This document shows positions 29,687-41,568 of a DNA stretch of 64,000 bases, in pieces. The DNA is from Nitrospirota bacterium (GTDB taxonomy: Bacteria > Nitrospirota > Thermodesulfovibrionia > Thermodesulfovibrionales > UBA9159): assembly GCA_963699545.1 (NCBI GenBank), contig CAVOUE010000003.1, positions 704,001-768,000 of the forward strand, read 5' to 3'. The notes beneath the pieces are model-generated. The model was given only the letters and a program-made list of their open reading frames with translations, was not told the origin of the DNA and did no database searches. A program made the position numbers and the translations under genes. Within the stretch, counting starts at the first letter, position 1, and each line of letters starts with the position of its first letter.

Positions 29687-31904
29687 GAGCAGTAATCCTG
29701 TTCATCATCTGTTTATCCTTCTCAGCAAAGGCTCAAGCTGAGGAGAGCCAGCCCACAGCCTACGCCGGTTCCTCCAGCTGCCGGGAGTGCCATGAGAAGT
29801 TCTATCAGCTCTGGTCCACGTCCATGCACGGACTGGCCATGCAGCCCTATACGGCGAACTTTGCAAAGGCAAAGCTCACGCCTCAGCAGAACGATATTGT
29901 GATCAGGAAAGTATAAGTACCGCGCTGATATCAATGAAGGCGTAGTCATCGAAACAGGTCCGAAAGGCAAGAAAGAAATACAAGATCGAACACGTCCTGG
30001 GCGGAAAGAACGTCTATTATTTCCTGACGCCCCTCAAAAAGGGCAGGCTCCAGACCCTGCCGGTGGCCTATGATGTGAACAAGAAAGAATGGTTCGATAC
30101 GGCAGCCAGCGGCGTGCGCCAATTCCCGGGGGGGAGCCGGACCAGCCGGTCAACTGGAAGGAATCGCCTTACACCTTCAATACCGCCTGCTACAGCTGCC
30201 ACGTGAGCCAGCTCTCGACCAACTACGATCCTAAGACCGACACCTACCACACCACCTGGGCCGAGCCGGGCATCAACTGCGAGACCTGCCACGGCTCCGT
30301 CAGGCAGAGCACAACAAGATCGCGAAGGCCACACCGAAGGGACAGCCGCTTCCCGAACTCAGGCTCATCAGGACCAAGACCATGACCAAAGAGCAGCGCA
30401 ACGACCTCTGTTCGAGCTGCCATGCGAAGGCAAGTCCGCTGACCATTGAGTATAAACCCGAGGAACGGTTCTTTGACCATTTTGATCTCGTGACTCTGGA
30501 GGACCCCGATTATTATCCTGACGGCCGCGACCTGGGAGAGAATTATACCTTGACCTCGTGGCGCATGAGCCCCTGCGCCAAGTCGGGCAAGCTCGACTGC
30601 ATCCACTGCCATACCTCCAGCGGCCGCTACCGGTTCAAGAAAGAGAAGTTCAACGACGCCTGCATGCCCTGCCATGAGGACAAGGTGAAGAACCCGACAG
30701 AACATACGCACCATCCCGCGGAAAGCGAGGGAAGCAAGTGCATCTCCTGCCATATGCCCATGACCGCCTTTGCGCGGATGAACCGGAGCGACCATTCGAT
30801 GCTTCCGCCGGCGCCGGCAGCGACCATGGCATACAAGTCGCCGAATGCCTGCAACCTCTGCCACAAAGACAAAGACGCGGCATGGGCTGACAAATACGTG
30901 CGGCAATGGCGCACGCGGGACTACCAGGCGCCGGTGCTCAAACGGGCAGCGCTTATCGATGCCGCCCGCAAGCGGGACTGGTCCAAGCTGCCGGAGATGC
31001 TTGCGTATATCCAGAGCAAGGACCGCGACGAGGTCTTCGCCACCTCGCTCATCCGGCTTATGAGCTCATCCGTGCAGGACCGAACGGATCACTCCAGTTC
31101 TGCTCATCGCAGTCAAAGACCCGTCGCCCCTCGTGCGTGCCGCAGCAGTCCAGGCCCTGGGCCTGAGGCCGACCACGGAAAGTCTGCAGGCCCTGGTCGA
31201 GGCAACAGGCGATGAGTACCGGCTGGTAAGGGTCCGGGCCGCTGCAGGGATCGCGGCTATTCCCACGGATGACAGCTCACCGGTGACTATCAAGGCGCAG
31301 CTCAAGAAGGCGAACAAGGAATACCTTGCGTCCATCATGGCGCGGCCCGACCAGTGGACGTCCCATTACAACATGGGCAACTACCAGCTCAGCCGCGGCG
31401 AGACGCAAGGAGGCGGTTGCCTCTTACCAGGCAGCGCTCAAGCTCGAGCCGCAGGCGATCATGGCAATGGTGAACTCATCCATTGCCTATGCCCAGATGG
31501 GAGAGAACGACAAGGCAGAGAAATCCCTGCAGCAGGCCCTCAAGATGGCGCCTGACAATGCAGCAGCGAACTTCAACATGGGCCTTGTGAAGGCAGAGAA
31601 GAACGAGCCCAAGACAGGCCGAGAAGTATCTCAAGAAAGCCATAAAGGCCGATCCCCAGATGGCACAGGCGGCCTATAATCTCTGCATCATCACCGCAAA
31701 GGACCGCATCAACGAGGCGGTGACCTGGTGCAGGAAGGCGTCGGACCTCAGGCCGCAGGAACCCAAGTATGCCTATACGCTTGCGTTCTATCTGAACCAG
31801 AAGGGCGACAGGGACGAGGCGGTCAGGATATTAAAGGCAATCTAGAGAAGTATCCGGAGTACAAAGATGCCGAGATGCTTTTGAAGGAAATATCGAAGAA
31901 GTAG
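29683..31904 (+). CDS. Octaheme c-type cytochrome with HEAT and TPR repeats (multiple frameshifts)
   Basis: Eight CxxCH across frames (CRECH, CYSCH, CETCH, CSSCH, CIHCH, CMPCH, CISCH, CNLCH), then VRAAAV/VRVRAA HEAT-like and TPR segments; signal peptide. Confidence 0.82.
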
Positions 31905-31933
31905 CCAAGGTCATAAAGAAGGGGGTAAAGGAA

Positions 31934-34379
31934 ATGAAACAGAGCAAGAAGTTCGTCAGTATCATGCTACTTTTGTTATTCGTTATGGTTATCGGCCCCA
32001 GCTCGTACGCTGCAGAAACGCAGACAGGAGCAGCGCCAGACCGCACCGTGCTGCCGATCCAGGAGCCGAAGCGGCCGGTGTACAAGGAGCTGGATGTACG
32101 GAACGTGAAGATGCCGCCGCACTTTGAGGTCAAGGCGCCCACGGGAGCGCCGAACGTGGTTATCATCCTGATCGACGATCTGGGCTTCGGCGCGACTGAG
32201 ACCTTTGGAGGTCCGATCCCCACACCGACGCTCGAGCGTCTGGCCAGGAACGGACTGCGCTACAACAACTTCCATACCACGGCACTGTGCTCGCCGACGC
32301 GCGCCGCGCTCAAGTCCGGCCGCAACCACCACACCGTCAACATGGGTTTCATCACCGAGATGGCGACCGGCTTCCCGGGCGCCACCGGCCAGATCCCGAA
32401 TGCAACAGCCCCGGTGGCGGAAATGCTGCGCCTGAACGGGTACAGCACCGCGGCGTTCGGCAAATGGCACGAGACCGCTGCATGGGAGACCAGCATCTCC
32501 GGGCCCTTCGACCGCTGGCCCACGCACCAGGGTTTGGACAAGTTCTACGGCTTCATCGGCGGCGAGACGAACCAGTGGGCGCCGTACCTGTATGACGGCG
32601 TCACCCAGGTCGAACTGCCGAATGATCCGAACTATCATTTCATGACCGACATGACCGACAAGGCGGTGGCCTGGATCAAGTACCAGAAGGCCATGACGCC
32701 TGACAAGCCGTTCTTCGTCTACTTTGCGCCGGGCGCGACCCACGCGCCGCACCATGTGCCCAAGGAGTGGATCGCCAAGTGGAAAGGCAAGTTCGACCAG
32801 GGATGGGACAAAGTGCGCGAGGAAACCTTCGCCCGGCAGCTCAAAATGGGGATAATCCCCGCAGGCACCAAGCTGGCTCCGAAGCCGGCTGCGATCAAGG
32901 ACTGGGACAAGCTCTCCGATGACGAGAAGCGCCTGTTCAGGCATCAGGCTGAAGTGTTCGCCGCCTATCTTGATTACACCGATCATGAGATCGGCCGGAT
33001 GCTCGAAGCGGTCGCGGCGACCGGAGAGGCCGACAATACTCTCGTTTTCTACATCGCCGGCGACAACGGCACAAGCGGTGAAGGCGGCGAGAACGGCATG
33101 TTCAACGAGTACACGTACTTCAACGGCGTCCACGAGAAGGTCGAGGATATGCTGAAGGTGATGGACAAATGGGGATCGCCCGAGACCTACCCGCACATGG
33201 CCGCCGGCTGGTCGGTAGCCTTTGATTCGCCGTTCAGCTGGATGAAGCAGGTGGCCTCGGACTTCGGCGGCACCCGCAACGGCATGGTGGTCAGCTGGCC
33301 CAAGGGGATCAAGGCAAAGAACGAGATCCGCACCCAGTTCAGCCATGTGATCGACGTGGCGCCGACCATCCTGCAAGCGGCCAAACTGCCGGAGCCCAAA
33401 GTGGTTGACGGCACGCCGCAGATCCCTATGGAAGGCGTGAGCCTGGTCTATACGTTCGACAATGCCAAGGCCAAGGAGCGCCACACCACGCAGTATTTCG
33501 AGATCGCCGGCAACCGCGCCATCTACCACGACGGCTGGTACGCGCGCACCATCCACCGCGCGCCGTGGGAGCCCAAGCCGCGAACGGCACTGCGAGAAGG
33601 ATATCTGGGAGCTCTATGACCTGCGCAACGACTTCAGCCTGTCGAACGATCTGGCAGTCAAGAACCCGAAGAAGTTGAAGGAGATGCAGGCGCTCTTCAT
33701 GAAGGAAGGCGAGAAGTACCATGTCCTGCCCATCGATGATCGTGTGTTCGAGCGCCTCAATGGCCAGGCAGTGGGCCGTCCCGACATGATGGCCGGGCGC
33801 ACTTCGATAACCCTGGCAGAAGGCATGACCGGCATGATGGAGAGCGTCTTCCTCAACGTGAAGAACAAGTCCAATACCATCACGGCAGAAGTAGAAGTGC
33901 CGGCAAGCGGCGCGAACGGCACCATCTTTGCCCAGGGAGGCCGCTTTGGCGGATGGTCGTTGTATGTCAAGAATGGCATTCCCGCCTACGACTACAACTT
34001 CCTCGGCCTGCAGCGCTTCTCGATCGCTTCCACGAAGCCGCTTGCTCCCGGCAAGGCGACGATAAAGTTCGACTTCGCCTATGACGGCGGCGGGCCCGGC
34101 AAGGGCGGCATGGGGACCCTGTTCGTGAATGGGGAGAAGGTTGCGGAAGGGCGGATCGAGCATACCCAGGCCGGCATGTTCTCGGCCGACGAGACCGCCG
34201 ACGTGGGCATCGATCTCGGCACGCCGGTGGTCGAGGCGATCGGTTCAGAGACGAAGTCGAAGTTCACGGGCCATATCACGAAGGTGACGGTCGAGGTCAA
34301 GCCGATGAAGGCGTCGGACAAGGCGGAGGCGGAGAAGGGCCAGAAGGAAGCCGCCCGCAAGAAGGCGATGTCGGATTAA
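31934..34379 (+). CDS. Cys-type arylsulfatase (frameshift near 33585)
   Basis: DDLGFG, LCSPTRAAL, GKWH, GDNG; C-terminal part (WELYDL..DFS, GGRFGG) in a shifted frame. Confidence 0.9.
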
Positions 34380-34490
34380 GTTATGGGTGCATTATTTATG
34401 AAAAGGAGGTGAAAGCGAATTCGTTTCGAAGCATGAAGCACTGAAAGCTGCATACAAAAGCAGAATAGGATTTCAATTGAGGAGGAACAC

Positions 34491-36098
34491 ATGAAAACGA
34501 AATGGGCAGTAACGCTCGCCGTGATCATTGTCGGTCTGGTTTTCATCGCCTGCCCGGCATTTGCGGCAGCCAAACCCAACATCGTCATTATCTGGGGCGA
34601 CGACGTCGGTCAGTCCGACATCAGCGTTTACTCGCATGGTCTGATGGGCTTCAAGACGCCCAACATCGACCGCATTGCCAAGGAAGGGATGATGTTTACC
34701 GACATCTATGCCGAGCAGAGCTGCACCGCCGGCCGGTCGTCGTTCATCACCGGCCAGTCGGGCTTGCGCACCGGCAATACCAAGGTTGGTCTGCCGGGCG
34801 CTACGTTAGGGTTGCAGAAGGAAGACCCGACGATTGCCGAGTTGCTCAAACCTCTCGGATATGCAACCGGTCAGTTTGGCAAGAACCATCTGGGTGATCG
34901 CAATGAGTTCCTGCCCACGGTGCACGGTTTTGACGAGTTCTATGGCAATCTGTACCACCTGAATGCCGAGGAAGAGCCGGAACTGCCCGACTACCCGAGG
35001 CCTCCCGCGTTCCCCAACTTCCGCGAAAAGTTCGGACCGCGTGGCGTGATGGACTGCAAGGCCTCGGACAAGGACGATACAACCGTGGAACCGCGCTTCG
35101 GCAAGGTCGGCAAGCAGGTCTGCACGGACACCGGACCCCTGACAAAGAAGCGGATGGTAACGATCGACGATGACATAGCCAACCGGGCGGTGGACTTTAT
35201 CCAGCGGCAGAATAAGGCCGGCAAGCCGTTCTTTGCGTGGGTCAACTTCACCCACATGCACTTCCGTACCCACACCAAGCCGGAGAGCATCGGCCAGTCA
35301 GGGCGTTTTCAGAGCCCGTACCACGACACTATGATCGACCACGACAAGAACGTTGGGCAGGTGCTTAAGGCGCTGGACGATTTGGGCATCGCGGACAACA
35401 CCTTTGTCATGTACAGCACTGACAACGGCCCGCACATGAACAGCTGGCCGGATGGAGCGATGACACCGTTCCGTAACGAGAAGAACTCGAACTGGGAAGG
35501 GGCCTACCGGGTGCCTGCAATGGTGCGCTGGCCGGGCAAGATCAAGCCGGGCAGTGTGTCCAATGAGATGGTCGCCCACCTCGACTGGTTGCCGACTCTT
35601 CTGGCCGTGGCCGGCGACACTGAAGTTAAAGATAAGCTGCTCAAAGGCTATAAGGTCAGGGACATGACTTACAAGGTCTATCTCGACGGCGACAACCTCG
35701 TGCCTTACCTGACCGGTAAAGCCGAGAAAAGCCCGCGGGACTCGTTCTTCTACATTAACGACGACCAGCAACTGACAGGTCTGCGCTACGACAACTGGAA
35801 GTTCGTGTTTATGGAGCAGCGGGTTGAAGGGACTCTGCGTATCTGGGCAGAGCCATTCGTCACATTGCGGGTGCCGAAGATTTTCAATCTCCGCACCGAC
35901 CCGTACGAGCGCGCTGACATTACCTCGAACACATACTACGACTGGCTTTTGGAGCACGCCTTCCTGTTCGTGCCCGCACAGAACTACGTGGGCCAGTTCC
36001 TGATGACCTTCAAGGACTACCCGCAGCGGCAGAAGGCGGCCAGCTTCAACTTGAATGAAGTGATGGATAAGCTGAAGGAAAGCGGCGGGTCAAAGTAA
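34491..36098 (+). CDS. Cys-type arylsulfatase
   Basis: KPNIVIIWGDD, SCTAGR, GKNHLG, TDNG, WEG.YRVP. Confidence 0.95.
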   Translation: MKTKWAVTLAVIIVGLVFIACPAFAAAKPNIVIIWGDDVGQSDISVYSHGLMGFKTPNIDRIAKEGMMFTDIYAEQSCTAGRSSFITGQSGLRTGNTKVGLPGATLGLQKEDPTIAELLKPLGYATGQFGKNHLGDRNEFLPTVHGFDEFYGNLYHLNAEEEPELPDYPRPPAFPNFREKFGPRGVMDCKASDKDDTTVEPRFGKVGKQVCTDTGPLTKKRMVTIDDDIANRAVDFIQRQNKAGKPFFAWVNFTHMHFRTHTKPESIGQSGRFQSPYHDTMIDHDKNVGQVLKALDDLGIADNTFVMYSTDNGPHMNSWPDGAMTPFRNEKNSNWEGAYRVPAMVRWPGKIKPGSVSNEMVAHLDWLPTLLAVAGDTEVKDKLLKGYKVRDMTYKVYLDGDNLVPYLTGKAEKSPRDSFFYINDDQQLTGLRYDNWKFVFMEQRVEGTLRIWAEPFVTLRVPKIFNLRTDPYERADITSNTYYDWLLEHAFLFVPAQNYVGQFLMTFKDYPQRQKAASFNLNEVMDKLKESGGSK

Positions 36099-36123
36099 GG
36101 TCTGTAAAGCCGACGCTAACCAT

Positions 36124-36156
36124 CTGCGGCCGACTGTATCCTGCGTCGGCCGCAGT
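36124..36156 (+). other. Intercistronic hairpin
   Basis: CTGCGGCCGAC...GTCGGCCGCAG perfect stem, no U-tract. Confidence 0.5.
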
Positions 36157-36174
36157 ATGGGAGAGGAGTATTAG

Positions 36175-37839
36175 ATGAAATCAAATCGCACTTATTTTAG
36201 ATTAAGCCGTTTGGCAGCTTTGACTCTTTGTGTACTGCTGCTGGCAGTCGTTGGGGCGTACGCCCAGAAAGACCCGCTGCCCTCATGGAACGACGGCAAG
36301 GCCAAGCAGTCCATCCTCGACTTCGTCGAGAAGGTGACGAAACCCGGCTCGCCGGATTTCGTGCCTGTCCCCGAACGCATCGCCACGTTTGACAACGACG
36401 GAACGCTCTGGTGCGAGCAGCCGCTGCCCGTTCAATTGTATTTCGCGCTCGACCGTGTGAAGGCGCTTGCGCCGCAGCATCCGGAATGGAAGGACAAGGA
36501 ACCGTTCTCCTCGCTACTCAAGGGTGATTTGAAAACCGCGCTCGCCGGCGGCGACCACGCGATCCTGGAACTCTTCATGGCCACGCACACGGGCATCACC
36601 ACGGCAGAGTTTGAGACGATCGTCAAGGACTGGATCGCGACCGCGAAGCATCCGAAGACCGGGAAGCTCTACACCGAGATGGTCTATCAGCCGATGCTCG
36701 AAGTGCTCGCCTACCTGCGGGTGAATGGTTTCAAAAACTTCATCGTCTCCGGCGGCGGCATCGAGTTCATGCGCCCGTGGACGGAGAGGGTTTATGGCAT
36801 CCCGCCGGAACAGGTCATCGGCAGCAGCATCAAGACAAAGTTTGAACTGCGCAACGGCAAACCCGTCCTCGTGCGTCTGCCGGAATTGAACTTCAACGAC
36901 GACAAAGGCGACAAGCCGGTTGGCATCAACCTGCACATTGGCCGCCGTCCTATCGCTGCCTTCGGCAACTCCCGTGGCGACAAAGAAATGTTGGAATACA
37001 CGCAGGGCGGCAGCGGCCCGCGGGTCGAGCTGCTGGTGCTGCACGATGATGCGACGCGCGAATACGCCTACGGTCCGGCCCTGGGATTGCCCAACCCCAA
37101 ACTTGGTGCCTTCACTCAGGAGCTTTACGAGCAGGCGAAGAAAGATGGTTGGACCGTGGTCAGCATGAAGAATGATTGGAAACAGGTCTTCCCGTTCGAG
37201 CAGGCCCCGGTTACGGCCATTGACATCTTGCTGGAACCGGATGCCACGATGCTCCAGCATTCCGCCGACAACAACGCGCGCCTTCTCGCGGTCTTCCCGA
37301 AAGGTTTCGCCCTGGATGCGACGCATCGTCCGCACATCACGATGATTCAGCGTTACGTCCGCACCGCCGACCTCGATCAGGTCTATGCCGCCGCCGGCCA
37401 GGTTCTCGCCCGCGCCAATGTGACCGGAATGAAGCTGGAGGCCTTCAAATACTACTACATCCCAAGCAAGGCCATTGGCTTGGCGGGCATTGTTGCGAAG
37501 CCGACGCCTGAATTGCTCAAACTGCAAGCGGACCTGATTGCCGCCGTGGCTCCGTTTACGGTGGAAACCGGAGACTCGTCCGCGTTCGTCACAACGCCCG
37601 ATGATCCGATCATTGACCCGATGTTGATTGAATACGTTTCGACGTTTGTTCCGAAGGCTTCCGGCGAGCATTTCAATCCGCACGTGACCACCGGCGTTGC
37701 CCTCCGGGAATACCTCGACCAAATGCTGGCCGAACCGTTTAAGCCGTTCACCTTCTCGCCCGCGGGCGCGGCCGTTTACCAACTCGGCCAATTCGGCACG
37801 GCCGCGAAGAAACTCAAAGAATGGGATTTGGAGCCTTGA
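36175..37839 (+). CDS. Secreted HAD-family phosphatase fused to a C-terminal 2H phosphoesterase domain
   Basis: [19 protein letters not shown]; then PHIT and PHVT motifs. Confidence 0.85.
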   Translation: MKSNRTYFRLSRLAALTLCVLLLAVVGAYAQKDPLPSWNDGKAKQSILDFVEKVTKPGSPDFVPVPERIATFDNDGTLWCEQPLPVQLYFALDRVKALAPQHPEWKDKEPFSSLLKGDLKTALAGGDHAILELFMATHTGITTAEFETIVKDWIATAKHPKTGKLYTEMVYQPMLEVLAYLRVNGFKNFIVSGGGIEFMRPWTERVYGIPPEQVIGSSIKTKFELRNGKPVLVRLPELNFNDDKGDKPVGINLHIGRRPIAAFGNSRGDKEMLEYTQGGSGPRVELLVLHDDATREYAYGPALGLPNPKLGAFTQELYEQAKKDGWTVVSMKNDWKQVFPFEQAPVTAIDILLEPDATMLQHSADNNARLLAVFPKGFALDATHRPHITMIQRYVRTADLDQVYAAAGQVLARANVTGMKLEAFKYYYIPSKAIGLAGIVAKPTPELLKLQADLIAAVAPFTVETGDSSAFVTTPDDPIIDPMLIEYVSTFVPKASGEHFNPHVTTGVALREYLDQMLAEPFKPFTFSPAGAAVYQLGQFGTAAKKLKEWDLEP

Positions 37840-37856
37840 GGCATCGAACGGCTTCG

Positions 37857-38249
37857 ATGAAAAAGTTACTCACAATGACAGCAGTGATTGAGTTGGGAGC
37901 CGGCCTAGGGCTTGTAGTGGCGCCATCGGCACTGGTATCGGTGTTGATCGGCGCATCACTCGACACGCCCGGCGGGTTGGTCGTCGGGCGTTTGGCCGGA
38001 ACAGCGCTGCTTACCCTGGGTATCGCCTGCTGGCTCGCGCGTCACGACGGGCAGGGCCGTGCAGCGACAGGGTTGGTTGCAGGGATGTTGCTCTATAACC
38101 TCGGTGCCGTCGCAATCCTCGCTTTTGGAGGTCTCGGCTCGGGGCTGGCCGGTGTCGCCTTGTGGCCGGCAGTTGTCCTTCACGCGGCGATGGCTGTCTG
38201 GTGCATCGTGTGCCTTATGGGAAGACCAACAAAATTCAGCAGTACATGA
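37857..38249 (+). CDS. Small membrane protein (about 4 TM)
   Basis: Hydrophobic; G...LG.ACW, MLLYN, LWPAV.LH. Confidence 0.7.
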   Translation: MKKLLTMTAVIELGAGLGLVVAPSALVSVLIGASLDTPGGLVVGRLAGTALLTLGIACWLARHDGQGRAATGLVAGMLLYNLGAVAILAFGGLGSGLAGVALWPAVVLHAAMAVWCIVCLMGRPTKFSST

Positions 38250-38276
38250 ACAAGAAACGGCGAGAGTCCTCGTTTA

Positions 38277-38675
38277 TCAGGCAAGGGTGACAAACCCCTG
38301 CTCTTTAAAATGGTTATCAAAGGCAAAAACAGATCTTATTCCCGAGGAGCGCATGAACTCGAAGCTGACACAGTCCACAAGACTGAGCGAGCGTCTGGAT
38401 GCGGACAGAAGGGCGGAGATGCCGGAGCGGTGCATCTCCGGGGAAACAAACTCAACATTGATAAGCGGGAGGATATCCTCTTGAAATCCCCGCACGGCAT
38501 CCACGCCAATGCGATTCTGCAAAAGGGCAAAGGTTTCTACGAGGATGTAATTGCTGGTAACAAGGGTATGCTCGGCCCCGAGAAGATCAGTCCATGCCTT
38601 CTTCGCCTTGTGATGATTGGCATCATCCCTGTCGAGCAGGGCATAGAAAGCGGATGTGTCGATGAAGATCCTCAT
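38277..38675 (-). CDS. vapC: VapC PIN-domain toxin
   Basis: IFIDTSAFYA, ILVET, SLVDCVSF, FAFD.HF. Confidence 0.92.
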   Translation of the reverse strand: MRIFIDTSAFYALLDRDDANHHKAKKAWTDLLGAEHTLVTSNYILVETFALLQNRIGVDAVRGFQEDILPLINVEFVSPEMHRSGISALLSASRRSLSLVDCVSFEFMRSSGIRSVFAFDNHFKEQGFVTLA

Positions 38676-38920
38676 CTACGGAATGCTTCCGCAAGGTATT
38701 TATCGTGTTTTCTCGAAACATCGCGCTTTCCGGAGCTGAATTTGCCGACGATCTCAGTCGCTCTCTTGCGTCTCTCTTCGGGCTCAGCCGCAGTGCCTGA
38801 TTTGATCATGGCATTAACAGCACGCCGTATTAGCTCGGCGCCTGACACGTGCCGTGATGCGGCCATTTTCTTAATGACCTTTACCTGTTCTTCCGTCAGT
38901 TGTATCTGTGTTCTGACCAT
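38672..38920 (-). CDS. CopG/RHH antitoxin (VapB-like)
   Basis: RTQIQLT, S.AELIRRA, HDKYL; overlaps the vapC start. Confidence 0.88.
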   Translation of the reverse strand: MVRTQIQLTEEQVKVIKKMAASRHVSGAELIRRAVNAMIKSGTAAEPEERRKRATEIVGKFSSGKRDVSRKHDKYLAEAFRR

Positions 38921-39206
38921 TGAAGCCTCCTATGATTACAGTTTTGATAACATGATAACATACCGAAGAAATGATGGTCAAGAAGGACGGTGGTAAGTGA
39001 CTAAGAGTCAAGGGACGAGACGGGGGTTGAGACATGTTACAATGTTGCAGTAACTTTGTGGATGAAGTTGACACCGGACATTCAGATTGTCAGGGGTGCG
39101 CAGAAGGAGAACCGCCAGTGTTGAGACTGCCCTGCAATGATGCGATCATAACAGGCGCGCTTTTTTTAGGAACCTGTCATCTTAAAAGAGGAGGGAGACG
39201 CTTCAC

Positions 39207-40682
39207 ATGAGCAGGAAAAAGATCATCCTGATTACCGCGATCGCCGTTGTGGTGGTATTCATTGCATTGTCCATTCCCGGCAAGGATATTCCTCAAATGA
39301 GCGGAGCCGGGAATACCCCTTTTGCCTGGAACCGGAATCAAATGTGGCAGGCCCTTGAAAGCAGCTTTCGGGATGCCCGCACCGTCGGATGTCCAGGCAT
39401 TGAATCCGGGATAAGGACGCGCCTTCAGGAAGGGGACCGGCAGCTTGCCGTAATGGTCCGGCAGCAGTTTCAGGCCACTGACCCTTTCTTTGAAGGAGTG
39501 GAGAAGAATCTCTTCAGTTTGGGACCGCTCGTCGCTGCCTGTCCGGAAAAGATAGACAAGTATACAAAGCTTGTGACCTCTCTGCGGGATGAGGTGAAGC
39601 TGCAATCAAAGACATGGGATGTCCGCGACAGGAACGTGCGCGACCGCCTGTACCGTTTGCTATACGGGGGCAGGGCCGCTGTTGAGGAGGTCATGCTGCA
39701 GGCGTCGACGGTCTCACTGCCCATGGTCGTCCATGGCCGGAATGAACCGTCCTCCACTCCGTCTTTCACTCGCTCAGGGGTGGAGTTTCACAGTGGTGAC
39801 ATCCTTGCATCGAGGGGAGGCGCTCCCACTTCAGCACTCATAGCCCGGGGCAGCGATTATCCCGGGAACTTCTCTCATATCGCGCTTCTCTATGTGGATG
39901 AGGCCACGGGCACGCCGAGCCTTATCGAGGCTCACATAGAACGTGGAGTCGTACTATCAACACTCGATGAGTACCTGAAAGATGTGAAGCTCCGCATCAT
40001 GGTGCTGCGTGTCAGATCTGATCACCCGCTCCTGGCGAAAGACCCCTTGCTTCCCCATCGCGCCGCAAAGAAAGCCTATGATGAGGCGAGGCAGCGGCAC
40101 ATCCCCTATGACTTCGCAATGAACTTCCGTGAGCCGTCCGAGAGATTTTGCTCCGAGGTGGCGTCTCACGCATATAGTTCGCTTGGAGTGACCCTCTGGA
40201 ACATAATAACTACGATGTCGTCGCCGGGACTTGTGAACTGGCTGGCTGAGTTCGGTGTCCGTTATTTTGAGACGCAGGCTCCTGCCGACCTGGAGTATGA
40301 TCCCCAGCTCGTGGTGGTGGCGGAATGGCGGGATATGGGCGCCCTCTGGGACGATCACGTGGACAACGCGGTCACGGACGCGATGCTTGAAGGCGCCGAC
40401 CGCGGTGACCGCCTCAGCTATGACTGGTATCTCCTTGCACCGGCCCGGATGGTGAAGGCATACAGTGTGGTGTTGAACCTCTTCGGCAAGGTCGGTCCTA
40501 TCCCTGAGGGCATGGACGCCTGCACCGCCCTGAAGAGCGAGTGGCTTGACAAGGTGCATAAGAAAACAAAGCGGAGAGTTCTTGCAGCGGCAGGCTCATT
40601 TCAGCAAAAAAATGGATACCGCCCGCCCTACTGGGAACTGGTGAAGATGGCTGAGCAGGCATACCGTCAGAACTCACCGTAG
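39207..40682 (+). CDS. YiiX/YebB-like permuted NlpC/P60 cysteine hydrolase
   Basis: GDIL, FSHIAL (His before Cys), PYDF, FCSEVA; N-terminal anchor. Confidence 0.8.
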   Translation: MSRKKIILITAIAVVVVFIALSIPGKDIPQMSGAGNTPFAWNRNQMWQALESSFRDARTVGCPGIESGIRTRLQEGDRQLAVMVRQQFQATDPFFEGVEKNLFSLGPLVAACPEKIDKYTKLVTSLRDEVKLQSKTWDVRDRNVRDRLYRLLYGGRAAVEEVMLQASTVSLPMVVHGRNEPSSTPSFTRSGVEFHSGDILASRGGAPTSALIARGSDYPGNFSHIALLYVDEATGTPSLIEAHIERGVVLSTLDEYLKDVKLRIMVLRVRSDHPLLAKDPLLPHRAAKKAYDEARQRHIPYDFAMNFREPSERFCSEVASHAYSSLGVTLWNIITTMSSPGLVNWLAEFGVRYFETQAPADLEYDPQLVVVAEWRDMGALWDDHVDNAVTDAMLEGADRGDRLSYDWYLLAPARMVKAYSVVLNLFGKVGPIPEGMDACTALKSEWLDKVHKKTKRRVLAAAGSFQQKNGYRPPYWELVKMAEQAYRQNSP

Positions 40683-40687
40683 AGCGA

Positions 40688-40987
40688 TCACCGGAAAAAC
40701 AAGTTCCCGTTAATGTCGACGCATGTGTCCCGCACGTAGTCGTTGTCGTGAAAACAGCCGATACACCTCCCCCGGCAATCAAGATACATGGAATTGCAGA
40801 CTTGGGCGCCGATGACGACATCAAAGACCATAACGGTTCCCAAATTCCACTGGCTCCCCGCCGCGTAACACTCGACGGATATGCCTTCATCGGCAGACAG
40901 GGGCGCTGCCATGCCTATCAGCGCCAGCAAGAACAAGACGGTCATCCCCGGTATGACCCGCAGCCTGCGAAGAGTGTGTCTCTTCAT
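40688..40987 (-). CDS. Small secreted 6-Cys protein
   Basis: Signal peptide, six Cys in the mature part, GGAGGGG SD. Confidence 0.7.
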   Translation of the reverse strand: MKRHTLRRLRVIPGMTVLFLLALIGMAAPLSADEGISVECYAAGSQWNLGTVMVFDVVIGAQVCNSMYLDCRGRCIGCFHDNDYVRDTCVDINGNLFFR

Positions 40988-41015
40988 TGTTGCCCCTCCT
41001 GTGTAAACTATCCTC

Positions 41016-41447
41016 TCATCGAACGGACGATTTCTTCTCCTGCTTCTTCCCCGTTGTCTCTGTCAGTTTCTCCTTGCATGCCGGAGAAAGTTCAGCGGCA
41101 TGTCCCTCCAGACATTGAGCGATGCGCCCTCCGCCGGGCTGAATATCTTTGCAGAATTTCCTTACGTCTTCCGCACATGCCTGCTGAGCTTCGTCATATT
41201 TTCTCTTCAGCTCCGTGAACTTCTCCCTGCATTCGGCGGACAATTCCTTTTCATGTGCCTTCAGACACTTGGCAAGGCGACCCTCTCCGGGTTTCACGTC
41301 CTTACAGAACCTGGCAATTTCCTCGGCACACGGACGTTGCTCTTCGGCATACGCATTCATCCATAGCCCGGCGCTTCCGCACAGCAGGGCAAGGGCGGGG
41401 GCAAGCAACAACCCTTTCATCCTCAACAGCCTCACGATCTTCCTCAT
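41016..41447 (-). CDS. Cysteine-rich repeat protein (GLG1/Cys_rich_FGFR-like)
   Basis: Two repeats C.E....FCKD..PG.GR...CL..H..ELS..C. Confidence 0.8.
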   Translation of the reverse strand: MRKIVRLLRMKGLLLAPALALLCGSAGLWMNAYAEEQRPCAEEIARFCKDVKPGEGRLAKCLKAHEKELSAECREKFTELKRKYDEAQQACAEDVRKFCKDIQPGGGRIAQCLEGHAAELSPACKEKLTETTGKKQEKKSSVR

Positions 41448-41568
41448 CTTTCCTCTTTGTCTATTGCATTGTTCGGCATTGTCCGGCGTCCCGGTGTTTG
41501 CTATTAGGCATAACAGAGTGAGCTTAAATTACCACTGCTCATCCCGGAAACAGAGCGCAGGAACTCTT

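Noticed and set aside
23761-39170. Shared ATCAT(G/A)ACAGGCGCGCT in inverted orientation near 23770 and 39150
   Set aside because: Only two short copies and no recombinase; cannot be distinguished from chance or a promoter motif.
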